Of a stretch of 64,000 nucleotides of DNA, positions 11,134 through 21,031 are shown one piece after another. The notes under the pieces were generated by a model. That model did no database searches. It was not told where the DNA came from and saw nothing but the letters and a program-made list of their open reading frames with translations. The translations under genes and the position numbers were made by a program. Each line of letters opens with the position of its first letter. Position 1 is the first letter of the stretch. The stretch is from a phage: sequence record PZ386947.1, one strand, 5' to 3'.

Positions 11134-13398
11134 TCATAATTTACAGGATGAACAATCTTCAGCTTTTGGAGTTTCTATTTCATAATCATCAGTACCAGAA
11201 CCATCACGGGTATTATGATAATAGAAATTTTTTCCGCCAAAATACCAAAAATACAAAAGGTCATCAATCATTATTGACATTGGAACCTTTCCTTTTGGAA
11301 AAATCTGTGGGTCATAATATGTATTCGCCGAAGCTGATTGACAAACCCATTTCAGCATAATAGCTACCTGCGTAAGATAAGGTTTATTACCTTTCTTAGC
11401 TAATTTCCATGTATAATCATAGAGGTCTATGTTATGCTCAATATTGGGCACGACTTGATTAAAGGAGCCCTCTTTTGATTCTTTAACAGAGACTGGTCCA
11501 CGTGGAGGCTCGATACCGTTTGTACTGTTAGAAACTTGGGAAGATGACTCACATGGCATAAGTGCTGATAATGTGCTATTACGGATGCCAAAGAGCTTAA
11601 GGTCTTCCCGCAGCGACGACCAGTCACAAACGTATTTTGGAGCTGCGATTTGGTCAATCTTTTTATTGTACCAGTCGATAGGTAATTCGCCTCGAGACCA
11701 ACGAGTGTCTGAATAATATTCGCAAGGTCCTTTTTCTTTGGCGAGCTTAATGGATGCTTTAATGAGTCCATACTGTAATCTCTCAAATAGTTCATGTGTT
11801 AAATCGTTAGCATCTTCATAAGAAGCAAAGTTACTTGCCAGCCAAGCTGCATAGTTAGTAACACCTACACCGAGGTTACGACGCTTTTTAGCTTTTTCTG
11901 CTTCAGGAACTGGATATCCTTGGTAATCCAAAAGATTATCAAGAGCACGAACTTGAACTTCTGCTAATTCATTAATTTTATCTTGGTCTTGCCAATCGAA
12001 GTTATCCAGCACAAATGCAGATAACGTGCACAATCCAATTTCAGCATCAGGACTATTCACATCATTTGTTGGAATAGCAATTTCACAGCACAAGTTACTC
12101 TGACGAATAGGTGCCTTTTCACGAATAAACGGAGTATAGTTATTCGTATTATCAATGAACTGTACATAAATCCTTGCTGTTCCTGAGCGTTCAGTCATGA
12201 GCAATTCAAATAGTTCACGGGCTTTAATACGCTTTTTACGAATATTAGGGTCTTTTTCTGCTGCTTCGTATAATTCACGGAAACGGTCTTGGTCTTTAAA
12301 ATAAGAATAATAAAGCTCGCCACCCATTTCATGCGGACTGAACAAAGTAATGTAATCGTTCTTTCCGAATCGTTCCATCATCAAATCATTCAGCTGAACA
12401 CCATAATCCATATGACGAATGCGGTTTTCTTCTACACCTTTGTTATTTTTCAAAACGAGAAGATTTTCAACTTCCAAATGCCAAATAGGATAATAAGCAG
12501 TAGCAGCGCCGCCACGAATTCCACCCTGTGAGCATGATTTAACAGCAGTCTGAAAATGTTTCCAAAAAGGAATAACCCCAGTATGGCGTACTTCACCCAT
12601 GCCAATCTTAGAACCTTCGGCACGAATCATACCAACGTTAATACCAATTCCAGCGCGTTTAGAGATATATTCAACAATCGAAGCGGAAGCCTTATTGATA
12701 GACTTCAGCGAATCACCTGCCTCAATAACAACACATGAACTAAACTGTCGAGTCGGAGTACGACAACCAGCCATAATAGGAGTTGGCAATGAAATCTGTC
12801 GAGTAGATACTGCTTCATAAAAACGAATAACATGTTTTAATCTGTCAACAGGTTCATCTTGATGCAATGCCATTCCAATAGTCATAAATGCAAACTGTGG
12901 AGTTTCATAAATTTGACCAGTGGTTTTATCTTTAACGAGATATTTTTCTTTTAATTGCATCGCCCCGGAATAAGTAAATTCCATATCCCGCTCGTGCTTA
13001 ATTTTTGATTCTAAAAATGTAATTTCTTCTGCTGAATATTTTGACAATAATTCAGGGTCATATTTACCTTCATTTACACAGTAAGAAATATGGTCAATAA
13101 ATGAACGTGGTTCATACTGCCCATAAACATGCTTACGAAGAGCAAACATTAAACAGCGTGCAGCTACATATTGATAATCAGGTTCTTCAACCGAAATAGA
13201 ATTCGCAGCGGCCTTAATGACAATAGTCTGAATATCATCAGTTGTCATTCCATCACGGAGATAAGATTTAATATTTTCATATAATTCATAAGGATCTACT
13301 GATGTTCCCTCAGCTGCCCAAGATAAAACTTTAATAATTTTTTGCGGGTCAAAGCTCTGAGAAACACCACTACTTTTGATAACATTAATTAATTGCAT
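11134..13398 (-). CDS. nrdA: ribonucleotide reductase large subunit
   Basis: 754 aa, same length as T4 NrdA; C-terminal CxxC tail. Confidence 0.9.
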   Translation of the reverse strand: MQLINVIKSSGVSQSFDPQKIIKVLSWAAEGTSVDPYELYENIKSYLRDGMTTDDIQTIVIKAAANSISVEEPDYQYVAARCLMFALRKHVYGQYEPRSFIDHISYCVNEGKYDPELLSKYSAEEITFLESKIKHERDMEFTYSGAMQLKEKYLVKDKTTGQIYETPQFAFMTIGMALHQDEPVDRLKHVIRFYEAVSTRQISLPTPIMAGCRTPTRQFSSCVVIEAGDSLKSINKASASIVEYISKRAGIGINVGMIRAEGSKIGMGEVRHTGVIPFWKHFQTAVKSCSQGGIRGGAATAYYPIWHLEVENLLVLKNNKGVEENRIRHMDYGVQLNDLMMERFGKNDYITLFSPHEMGGELYYSYFKDQDRFRELYEAAEKDPNIRKKRIKARELFELLMTERSGTARIYVQFIDNTNNYTPFIREKAPIRQSNLCCEIAIPTNDVNSPDAEIGLCTLSAFVLDNFDWQDQDKINELAEVQVRALDNLLDYQGYPVPEAEKAKKRRNLGVGVTNYAAWLASNFASYEDANDLTHELFERLQYGLIKASIKLAKEKGPCEYYSDTRWSRGELPIDWYNKKIDQIAAPKYVCDWSSLREDLKLFGIRNSTLSALMPCESSSQVSNSTNGIEPPRGPVSVKESKEGSFNQVVPNIEHNIDLYDYTWKLAKKGNKPYLTQVAIMLKWVCQSASANTYYDPQIFPKGKVPMSIMIDDLLYFWYFGGKNFYYHNTRDGSGTDDYEIETPKAEDCSSCKL

Positions 13399-13715
13399 AA
13401 GTCCTCAACTTGAAAATCGTCTTTAAACAATCGGTTAACTATATGAGCTATTATATCACCATGACACGGCTTTGGTTTACATGTGCATCCTAGCCTCATT
13501 CCACGTAAAGGCTCTAAATGTGCTTTAGTTATTTCTCCGGATTTAATTCGACGTATAAAATCTTTTTTGAATAATTCAATGGCAGCCTCTCGGCTGCCAG
13601 CATCTTTACCGACGTAATTTCCCCAAAATGTACCACGGTGAATATTAACATCAAAGTCGGATTTATATTTATTCACTACCCGACATAGACGGCCCGCGCG
13701 GTGATAATTCGGCAT
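13389..13715 (-). CDS. conserved hypothetical protein (nrdA.1)
   Basis: 108 aa ORF immediately upstream of nrdA. Confidence 0.45.
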   Translation of the reverse strand: MPNYHRAGRLCRVVNKYKSDFDVNIHRGTFWGNYVGKDAGSREAAIELFKKDFIRRIKSGEITKAHLEPLRGMRLGCTCKPKPCHGDIIAHIVNRLFKDDFQVEDLCN

Positions 13716-13932
13716 ATTGTTTTTCCGTTAAAACAGTAATATCATAATAACAGTCAGAAGAAATTTTAATGGTGGAAACTTTATTATCAAAATACTCACG
13801 GGTCATTTTATGAGTATAATATTTTTTGCCATAAATGATAATAGGCTGATTTGGTCCTGGAACTTCTAACTCGCTTGGGTTAGGAAGTGTAAAAAGAACT
13901 GCACCAGAAGTATCTTTAAATCGTAAAATCAT
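13669..13932 (-). CDS. hypothetical protein (nrdA.2)
   Basis: 87 aa ORF between td and nrdA.1; true start uncertain. Confidence 0.35.
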   Translation of the reverse strand: MILRFKDTSGAVLFTLPNPSELEVPGPNQPIIIYGKKYYTHKMTREYFDNKVSTIKISSDCYYDITVLTEKQYAELSPRGPSMSGSE

Positions 13933-13955
13933 AAATCCTCACAATTAAATTAAAA

Positions 13956-14816
13956 TTACACCGCCATCTTTCCTTTAATTGGCGGGTGAGATACATAGTC
14001 GTTAAGAACAAAATTATGCGGCTTTGCTAATTGACTCAACCAAAATACCTGTGATTCTGTGTTCCATTCATCAAATTCATCTGGGAATTTTAATTGTAAT
14101 TCGCATAAATCCATAGGTTCACGACGCAAAATTTCTTTACATTGTTCTACGTGATTCATATAGATATGAGTATTACCGCCAGAAAATATCAAATCTCCCG
14201 GAATAAGATTACATATCTTAGCTACAATATGAACTAACGCAGCATATGATGCAATATTAAATGGAAGACCGAGGAAAACATCTACTGATCGTTGATACCA
14301 CTGAAGGTCAAGGTATCCATTACGAACATTAAATTGATAGAACATATGACAAGGTGGTAATGCCATCTGCTTGAGTTCAGCTGGATTCCATGCTGAAACA
14401 ATTTGACGCCTATCATTTGGCAGTTTTTTAATACGATCAATAACTTCTATAATTTGGTCTACACCACCAAAATCACGCCATTGTTTTCCATAAATTGGAC
14501 CAAGTTCACCGCTATGGTATCCTAAATCTTTTGCTTGATTTTCGTAATTTTCATCCCAAACTGTTTTGCCTTGGATTAACGAATCATGCTGAATTAATCG
14601 TAAATCATTGACATTTGTGCTTCCTGATAAAAACCATAGAAGCTCAGCAATGCATGCATTCCACGCAAGCTTCTTAGTTGTTACCGCAGGAAAACCTTTA
14701 GTTAAATCCCAACGTAATTTAGTACCGAACAAAGCAATTGTTCCTGTGCCTGTTCGGTCATCGGTTTCATAGCCATTTTCAAAAATGTCTTTAATTAAAT
14801 CTTGGTATTGTTTCAT
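13956..14816 (-). CDS. td: thymidylate synthase
   Basis: 286 aa uninterrupted, identical in length to spliced T4 Td; thymidylate synthase active-site region (LPPCH). Confidence 0.9.
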   Translation of the reverse strand: MKQYQDLIKDIFENGYETDDRTGTGTIALFGTKLRWDLTKGFPAVTTKKLAWNACIAELLWFLSGSTNVNDLRLIQHDSLIQGKTVWDENYENQAKDLGYHSGELGPIYGKQWRDFGGVDQIIEVIDRIKKLPNDRRQIVSAWNPAELKQMALPPCHMFYQFNVRNGYLDLQWYQRSVDVFLGLPFNIASYAALVHIVAKICNLIPGDLIFSGGNTHIYMNHVEQCKEILRREPMDLCELQLKFPDEFDEWNTESQVFWLSQLAKPHNFVLNDYVSHPPIKGKMAV

Positions 14817-14861
14817 TTAGTACCTTATATAAATTATAATACATTTTATGAAGCTAAATAA

Positions 14862-15209
14862 TCAATACGGTTTAGCATCAAATTTTCTCTCAATTTCAGG
14901 CGTGAAATATAATTCTTTACCGCGTTTGGAAAAGCGACCAATAATATGATAATTATTCTCATCAAACGTGATATTACCAATATCCATAGCTTTCAACCAA
15001 ATATCGATATTTCTATCCAGCTTTATGTCAAAATTCCAATACGGTGAACTATTACCGAAAATACTGCAAGCGGATTCAGTGAAACAACTGCTATAAATCT
15101 TGTCTTTAGGAACTACTAATTGATAGACACCTTTAATAAACTGAGGACCCTGCCACTTTGGCTGTTTCGTGTCTTTTTCTAATAGAATAGGGTAATAATT
15201 AAAATTCAT
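14862..15209 (-). CDS. hypothetical protein (td.1)
   Basis: 115 aa ORF between frd and td. Confidence 0.4.
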   Translation of the reverse strand: MNFNYYPILLEKDTKQPKWQGPQFIKGVYQLVVPKDKIYSSCFTESACSIFGNSSPYWNFDIKLDRNIDIWLKAMDIGNITFDENNYHIIGRFSKRGKELYFTPEIERKFDAKPY

Positions 15210-15228
15210 ATTTCCGCCACGCGTTATT

Positions 15229-16055
<827 letters not shown>

Positions 16056-16066
16056 ATTATCTCCTA

Positions 16067-16399
16067 TTAAAAAGGATCAGGAACATATCCGCTAGCTTTA
16101 ATCATTTTAATTAACGTTAACATTCCTTTGTTAACTGCTCGTGAGATTTCATCAAAAACTTCATCACTAAAAAGTTCTAACACGCCCTTCTGAACTTTTA
16201 ATTTACAGCCAACAATTTCTTCATCGCCTACAGTAAATTCATTACCACCAATTCCACCGAAAAACTTAATTACACCAGTTAACTGTCTTCCACGAGAATA
16301 TGGGTCGTGTGATAAAGTAATATGAGTCACCCCGGGTACAGTTTTAAATTGGCAGCGAATATTTACTTGTGAAATTCCAGTTACATGAATGTCAGACAT
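16067..16399 (-). CDS. hypothetical protein (frd.x)
   Basis: 110 aa ORF. Confidence 0.4.
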   Translation of the reverse strand: MSDIHVTGISQVNIRCQFKTVPGVTHITLSHDPYSRGRQLTGVIKFFGGIGGNEFTVGDEEIVGCKLKVQKGVLELFSDEVFDEISRAVNKGMLTLIKMIKASGYVPDPF

Positions 16400-16409
16400 A
16401 ATATTTTCC

Positions 16410-16652
16410 TCAAATAGACTTTTTCACAATTTTCCAATCAGCTTTAAACTGATCGACGTCAGAGTGATAAATCCAAAATCCTGCGCTTTCACCGTCTTCA
16501 TAAAGCGGACACCCATCACATTCATCTTCCCATCCCATGCCACGTAAAAGGTGTTCAGCTTTTTCAACAAGTTCAGAATCTTTACCGATGATATTAAAAT
16601 ACCATTTACCTCTAACTTCCGAATCTTTGATGCTCTGACGTTGTAATCTCAT
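16410..16652 (-). CDS. hypothetical protein (frd.x)
   Basis: 80 aa ORF; early promoter GTTTAC...ATACTAT at about 16665-16700 upstream. Confidence 0.4.
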   Translation of the reverse strand: MRLQRQSIKDSEVRGKWYFNIIGKDSELVEKAEHLLRGMGWEDECDGCPLYEDGESAGFWIYHSDVDQFKADWKIVKKSI

Positions 16653-16710
16653 TTTATTCTCCTCAAGTTGATAAGGCTATAGTATCATTACTATAGCCCG
16701 TTGTAAACAA

Positions 16711-17013
16711 TTATTTTTGAATTTTATCGAGCCACTTACCAAGCTTAATCATTTCTTTAGTAGCCTTTTCCATACTTCTGAACTTGACCATTAGAGGATA
16801 GGTATCGACACCCATAACTAAACTGGTTACAAGACTGTGTTCACCCACAAGCCATAACGAATACGTTTGAATATCGAGCCCGTAATTTCTGTCTTTATGG
16901 ACCCGTACACCCATCACTTCAAATTTCTCACTAGCTTTTTCTACCGCATCCAGGAAATCATCTTTAGTCATATTAGGCCTTAAAAGTTTTTCGCAAAAGT
17001 TCAATGATTTCAT
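16711..17013 (-). CDS. hypothetical protein
   Basis: 100 aa ORF. Confidence 0.35.
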   Translation of the reverse strand: MKSLNFCEKLLRPNMTKDDFLDAVEKASEKFEVMGVRVHKDRNYGLDIQTYSLWLVGEHSLVTSLVMGVDTYPLMVKFRSMEKATKEMIKLGKWLDKIQK

Positions 17014-17338
17014 CTACATTGTTTTCGTCAACAATGCAGTGAATTTTTGTTACGCCAGAAACCTTGTCTTTGACTTCATCCTCTTCAGAAGTCGGTTCTT
17101 TATATTCGCGGAAACAATAAAACTCTTCTTCACAAACGTTAAAGTAAAAATGCTTTCCATTTGCGCATTCAATGTGTTTTATTACTCTAAATCCATCAAC
17201 AAAGAAAGCTTCTTTAACTTCAAACCATCCACCATTTTCTTGAATAATTTTAACTATCGATGAATTAGAACGTGGGCGATAATTAATAAATGTATCAATA
17301 AGTCTTGGAACAAGCTCATACTTTTTGCCAATATACAT
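16973..17338 (-). CDS. hypothetical protein
   Basis: 121 aa ORF; Shine-Dalgarno GAGGAAAACG upstream. Confidence 0.35.
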   Translation of the reverse strand: MYIGKKYELVPRLIDTFINYRPRSNSSIVKIIQENGGWFEVKEAFFVDGFRVIKHIECANGKHFYFNVCEEEFYCFREYKEPTSEEDEVKDKVSGVTKIHCIVDENNVDEIIELLRKTFKA

Positions 17339-17383
17339 TACGTTTTCCTCATTTTAACGGGGCTTGTAATAGCCCCTTGATAA

Positions 17384-17614
17384 TTATTGTTCAATCAATC
17401 CCATGTAAAATTCTGCGTCTTCAGAATCCATACCATCACAATATTCATTAGCCATAAAGCGGGTGAGGTCTTCAAGAGGACCTTCAATGACAATAGAAAA
17501 ATTGCAATAATTGGGATCATCGTGAATACTTGTGATACTAAGTTCAGGATAACGATTACGAATAATTTCTTCAATATATTCAAAATCAACGATGTCAATA
17601 TCAACTTTAGCCAT
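17384..17614 (-). CDS. hypothetical acidic protein
   Basis: Track ORF trimmed to ATG at 17614 ([13 protein letters not shown]...), 76 aa; AAAGAGGA Shine-Dalgarno; early promoter immediately upstream. Confidence 0.4.
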   Translation of the reverse strand: MAKVDIDIVDFEYIEEIIRNRYPELSITSIHDDPNYCNFSIVIEGPLEDLTRFMANEYCDGMDSEDAEFYMGLIEQ

Positions 17615-17711
17615 ATTGTTTTCCTCTTTAATCGTCAGCAGTATTGCCGATAGTTGTATAGTACCATAGAAGAACAGGGATGTAAACCATTTTGTGAAAA
17701 AATTTTGAAAT

Positions 17712-17734
17712 AAAAAAGGGACCTCTAGGGTCCC
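17712..17734 (-). terminator. intrinsic terminator downstream of gene 32
   Basis: Stem GGGACC / GGTCCC with 4-nt loop, followed by U6 on the minus strand, directly after gene 32 stop. Confidence 0.6.
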
Positions 17735-17757
17735 CAATTAATTAGTAATATAATCTG

Positions 17758-18666
17758 TTAAAGGTCATTCAAAAGGTCATCCAGGTCCGTGTCATCAGCA
17801 CTAGATGAACTGCCAGAGCTTGAGCTCATAAAATCATCTTCAGTTTTTGTTTTGAAGTCATCAACATTGAATGCATCCAAATCATCAGCAACTTTATCAG
17901 CTTTCTTAGCGGCAGTTGCAGCGGCACCACCCATTGCAGCAGTTCCCATAACTTGACTGAACTTAGTGCTCAGTTCTTCAAATGATTTGAATTTATCTTT
18001 AGAAGTCATTTCAGAAAGGTCAACCATTTGTTCGAACAGTTCTTTCTGGAAAGATTCATCGTCAATGTTTGGAATCGCAGATTGATTCAGGAATTTAGAT
18101 TCGTCGTAGTTACTAAAACCAGAAACTTGTTTAACTTTCAGTACAAAGTTAGCACCTTCCCACGGGCAAGTTACATCAACCGGAGTTTCACCCATTTCAA
18201 CATCAACTGCAATCATTGCATTGATTTTATCCCAGATTTTCTTACCGAAACGATATTTAAATACTTTACCTTCGTTTTCTGGAGCAGCTGGGTCTTTTAC
18301 AACAAGAATGTTAGCCCAGTAAGAAGTTTTACGTTTAACAAGACCGTACTCTTTATTGTCAGTGTTGTACAAATCATTTTTACTGATATACTGACATACT
18401 GGGCAAGAATCGTAATCACCGTGGGTAGATGAACAGTTTTCAATATACCATTTACCATTTTTCTTGAAACCGTGATTTACAAGAATTGCGAATGGTGCTT
18501 GTTCATCATTTTTAGACGGAAGAAAACGAATTACTGCTTGACCGTTACCCGCATTATCGAGTTTCAGTTTCCACTCGCCTTTATCTTCAGAAGAAAAACC
18601 ACCTTTATTTCCAGCCAGTTTAGCCATTTGTGCAGCGAGTTCAGCAGTAGATTTACGTTTAAACAT
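17758..18666 (-). CDS. 32: single-stranded DNA-binding protein gp32
   Basis: 302 aa; N-terminus [17 protein letters not shown] and zinc site [12 protein letters not shown] recognised as T4 gp32; acidic Ser/Asp-rich C-terminal tail. Confidence 0.9.
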   Translation of the reverse strand: MFKRKSTAELAAQMAKLAGNKGGFSSEDKGEWKLKLDNAGNGQAVIRFLPSKNDEQAPFAILVNHGFKKNGKWYIENCSSTHGDYDSCPVCQYISKNDLYNTDNKEYGLVKRKTSYWANILVVKDPAAPENEGKVFKYRFGKKIWDKINAMIAVDVEMGETPVDVTCPWEGANFVLKVKQVSGFSNYDESKFLNQSAIPNIDDESFQKELFEQMVDLSEMTSKDKFKSFEELSTKFSQVMGTAAMGGAAATAAKKADKVADDLDAFNVDDFKTKTEDDFMSSSSGSSSSADDTDLDDLLNDL

Positions 18667-18765
18667 TTTTATTTCCTTTTTAATTTAATTAACAGTTGGT
18701 GCTATGACGATGTATGACCTCATAGCTGGTCAGTGAGATAATTATAATCTATTTATAATAAGCAA

Positions 18766-19419
18766 TTAATACTTGCAAGATTTCACAGTTTCAATGAAAA
18801 CATTTTTAGCTTTCTGTGAATCAATATTTAAAATTTTTCTATAAGCCTTTAACTTTATAGAATAATTATTCCAGACTAAATTATCAGTCTGTTCATCATG
18901 TTTATCAATTATATTTAAAAACGAATCAAGCAAGATAAACGTCTCAAACGAAATTATGTTCGATTGCAGAAGTTTAAAAATATAACTTGACTGAACCTTT
19001 GGATTATATTCAAAGATTTCTTTAAAAGCAGAAACTTCAACTTTTTTACTAAAATAATAAATGTTGCGAATATCTTCTTCAAACTTAAATTTAATTTGCT
19101 TTAAGCGTCCGATATATTCACGATAAAACACAAGTGCATCAGCGTCAGAGATGTCACCAATCCAAGCATCTTGGTTAGCAACCAAATTACTTATAAAGAT
19201 TAAAGCAAGTTCCTTTAATTTATATTTTTCTGATAACTTCTGGAAAAAATACTTATCCCTTCGCTTTTGATAAGCGGCATCAGACACCCGCATGCACCAA
19301 TTATACTTAATTACATCATACTTTCCATTCATATGTTGTTTTATCATTAAGTATAATTTATAAACTGATTTACCATCAATGTATCTTTCACCACCAGCAG
19401 GCATGCGGAGTTTAATCAT
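18766..19419 (-). CDS. 59: gp59 helicase loader
   Basis: 217 aa, same length and position as T4 gp59 (between 32 and 33). Confidence 0.7.
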   Translation of the reverse strand: MIKLRMPAGGERYIDGKSVYKLYLMIKQHMNGKYDVIKYNWCMRVSDAAYQKRRDKYFFQKLSEKYKLKELALIFISNLVANQDAWIGDISDADALVFYREYIGRLKQIKFKFEEDIRNIYYFSKKVEVSAFKEIFEYNPKVQSSYIFKLLQSNIISFETFILLDSFLNIIDKHDEQTDNLVWNNYSIKLKAYRKILNIDSQKAKNVFIETVKSCKY

Positions 19420-19754
19420 AGCAGAAAATCTAATGTATTAGTTTTTTCACAACGAACAACAGAAGGACGTAAAAGATTTTCGTCAATGGCTTCTGACTGA
19501 ATTTTTTCAATTATACCCGAAGGAATAAATTTAGCAAATTGAGTTTCAGGAATAGAGTTTTCTTCCAAGAATGCTGTTGTAGCTTCAAGATAACTCATTC
19601 CAAACTCTTCTATCATTTTTTCAATAATAAATCCGTTTTCTTGACGATCAAGAAGCTTTGCTATTTCATCCTTTTCTTTCTTGATTGAAAGTTCTTTTTC
19701 TGAAAGACCGGTCTCATCGACCGGACGAATATCATTTAGAGAAAACTGTGTCAT
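19416..19754 (-). CDS. 33: gp33 late transcription co-activator
   Basis: Trimmed to ATG at 19754 (MTQFSLNDIRP...), 112 aa as in T4 gp33. Confidence 0.7.
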   Translation of the reverse strand: MTQFSLNDIRPVDETGLSEKELSIKKEKDEIAKLLDRQENGFIIEKMIEEFGMSYLEATTAFLEENSIPETQFAKFIPSGIIEKIQSEAIDENLLRPSVVRCEKTNTLDFLL

Positions 19755-20001
19755 AAAGTTCAACTACCTCTTCAGTTTCAGCTTCAAACACATCACGATT
19801 ATCTTTATGATACAAAGCTAATAGACGATTAAACATCTTACCATCAACGCCAAGTTCATCTTTGGCACGAATTCGAATATCTTTAATCAGTTCATTATAA
19901 CCGGAAATTTTCAGTTTATGGTCAGATGCTTCTTTAATAAATTTAGCCAAGTCTTCGCCATGGATAGCTTCATCAAATTCAACCATTTCTTTTTTAGCCA
20001 T
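19732..20001 (-). CDS. dsbA: DsbA double-stranded DNA-binding protein
   Basis: 89 aa, same length and position as T4 DsbA. Confidence 0.65.
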   Translation of the reverse strand: MAKKEMVEFDEAIHGEDLAKFIKEASDHKLKISGYNELIKDIRIRAKDELGVDGKMFNRLLALYHKDNRDVFEAETEEVVELYDTVFSK

Positions 20002-20009
20002 TATTCACC

Positions 20010-20927
20010 TCAAAATTCATTAATGCTATTAGTTAATTTAGAAAGACCCGCTTTTACAAAATATGAATAAATTTTGCCACGCGGTGGTAATTTATATGAA
20101 TTATAGTAATTCACAATGTTTGAAGCAATATTATCAGGAATATAATCAAAATCAATTAGAACTAAATTTTCTTTATAACGATTATACTCAGATTCTGAGA
20201 GAAGTACCTTAGCTTGCTCACGATCATTAGCAATAGCTTCAACGATTGAAGTTTTCATTGAAGGAGTCCGTTCACCTTCAACTCTGGTAAACCAAAAGTC
20301 AGAACGTACTTTAACTGAAGCAACGTTATCCTTTTTGTCACCCTTAAGAATTTTAGTCATACAATCAATTTCAGCAGAACCGCTTTTAATTTTAACCCAT
20401 TTCTTGTGCATCGGTGACCATTGCTTAACATTTGGATATTTGTGAAGTTGAGTAAAGTCACCGTCCGATGAAATGATTAAAATCTTATGTCCTTCTAAAG
20501 AGAACTTTTTAACAAGAACAGCAATGTGGTCATCTGCTTCATACTTATCAATATCCATAACAATGTATGGCATATAAGCTTTCAATTCATCTATAACTTT
20601 ATGACTGGATTCAAAATAACCTTCCCAGTCCCAAGTAGATTCTTCTCGTGCTTTTCCACGGTTTTTCTTATAATAATAAGCGAAATCACGACGCCAGTAT
20701 CCAGATTTCGCGTTATCAATACATAGTACAATTTTAGTGTATCCAAGCGTTTTTGCTTTTTTGACATTAAACTTAATTGAGTTCAATATCAAATGACGAA
20801 CCATTGATAAATTAATTTTTTCTTTATCTGGGAAGTTTACCAGAGCAGTTGAAAGAGCAATTTGACTAAAGTCAATAAAGCAAATTCCTTCTTTGTAATC
20901 TTCATCCAGCATCATTTCTAAATCCAT
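20010..20927 (-). CDS. rnh: RNase H (5-prime to 3-prime exonuclease / flap endonuclease)
   Basis: Trimmed to ATG at 20927 (MDLEMMLDEDYKEG...), 305 aa as in T4 RNase H. Confidence 0.85.
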   Translation of the reverse strand: MDLEMMLDEDYKEGICFIDFSQIALSTALVNFPDKEKINLSMVRHLILNSIKFNVKKAKTLGYTKIVLCIDNAKSGYWRRDFAYYYKKNRGKAREESTWDWEGYFESSHKVIDELKAYMPYIVMDIDKYEADDHIAVLVKKFSLEGHKILIISSDGDFTQLHKYPNVKQWSPMHKKWVKIKSGSAEIDCMTKILKGDKKDNVASVKVRSDFWFTRVEGERTPSMKTSIVEAIANDREQAKVLLSESEYNRYKENLVLIDFDYIPDNIASNIVNYYNSYKLPPRGKIYSYFVKAGLSKLTNSINEF

Positions 20928-20989
20928 ATGAACCTCGTTCAATTAGTGAGATTTCTATTATATACTATCTAAATCTTAAAGTAAACAGG

Positions 20990-20997
20990 TATAAATA
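20990..20997 (+). promoter_or_regulatory. late promoter (TATAAATA) for gene 34
   Basis: Exact TATAAATA 35 nt upstream of gene 34 ATG; GGAG Shine-Dalgarno follows. Confidence 0.6.
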
Positions 20998-21031
20998 CTT
21001 ATTATTGAAAACACAATAGGAGCCCGGGAGA

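Noticed and set aside
11148-12820. Several plus-strand ORFs (11148-11360, 12289-12531, 12556-12738, 12599-12820) and minus-strand 11427-11795 inside nrdA
   Set aside because: All are embedded in alternative frames or antisense to the 754-aa nrdA ORF; chance ORFs in AT-rich coding sequence.
14862-15209. Considered whether the td.1-position ORF might be a homing endonuclease
   Set aside because: No GIY-YIG, HNH or LAGLIDADG motif visible; 115 aa with no nuclease signature, so left as hypothetical.
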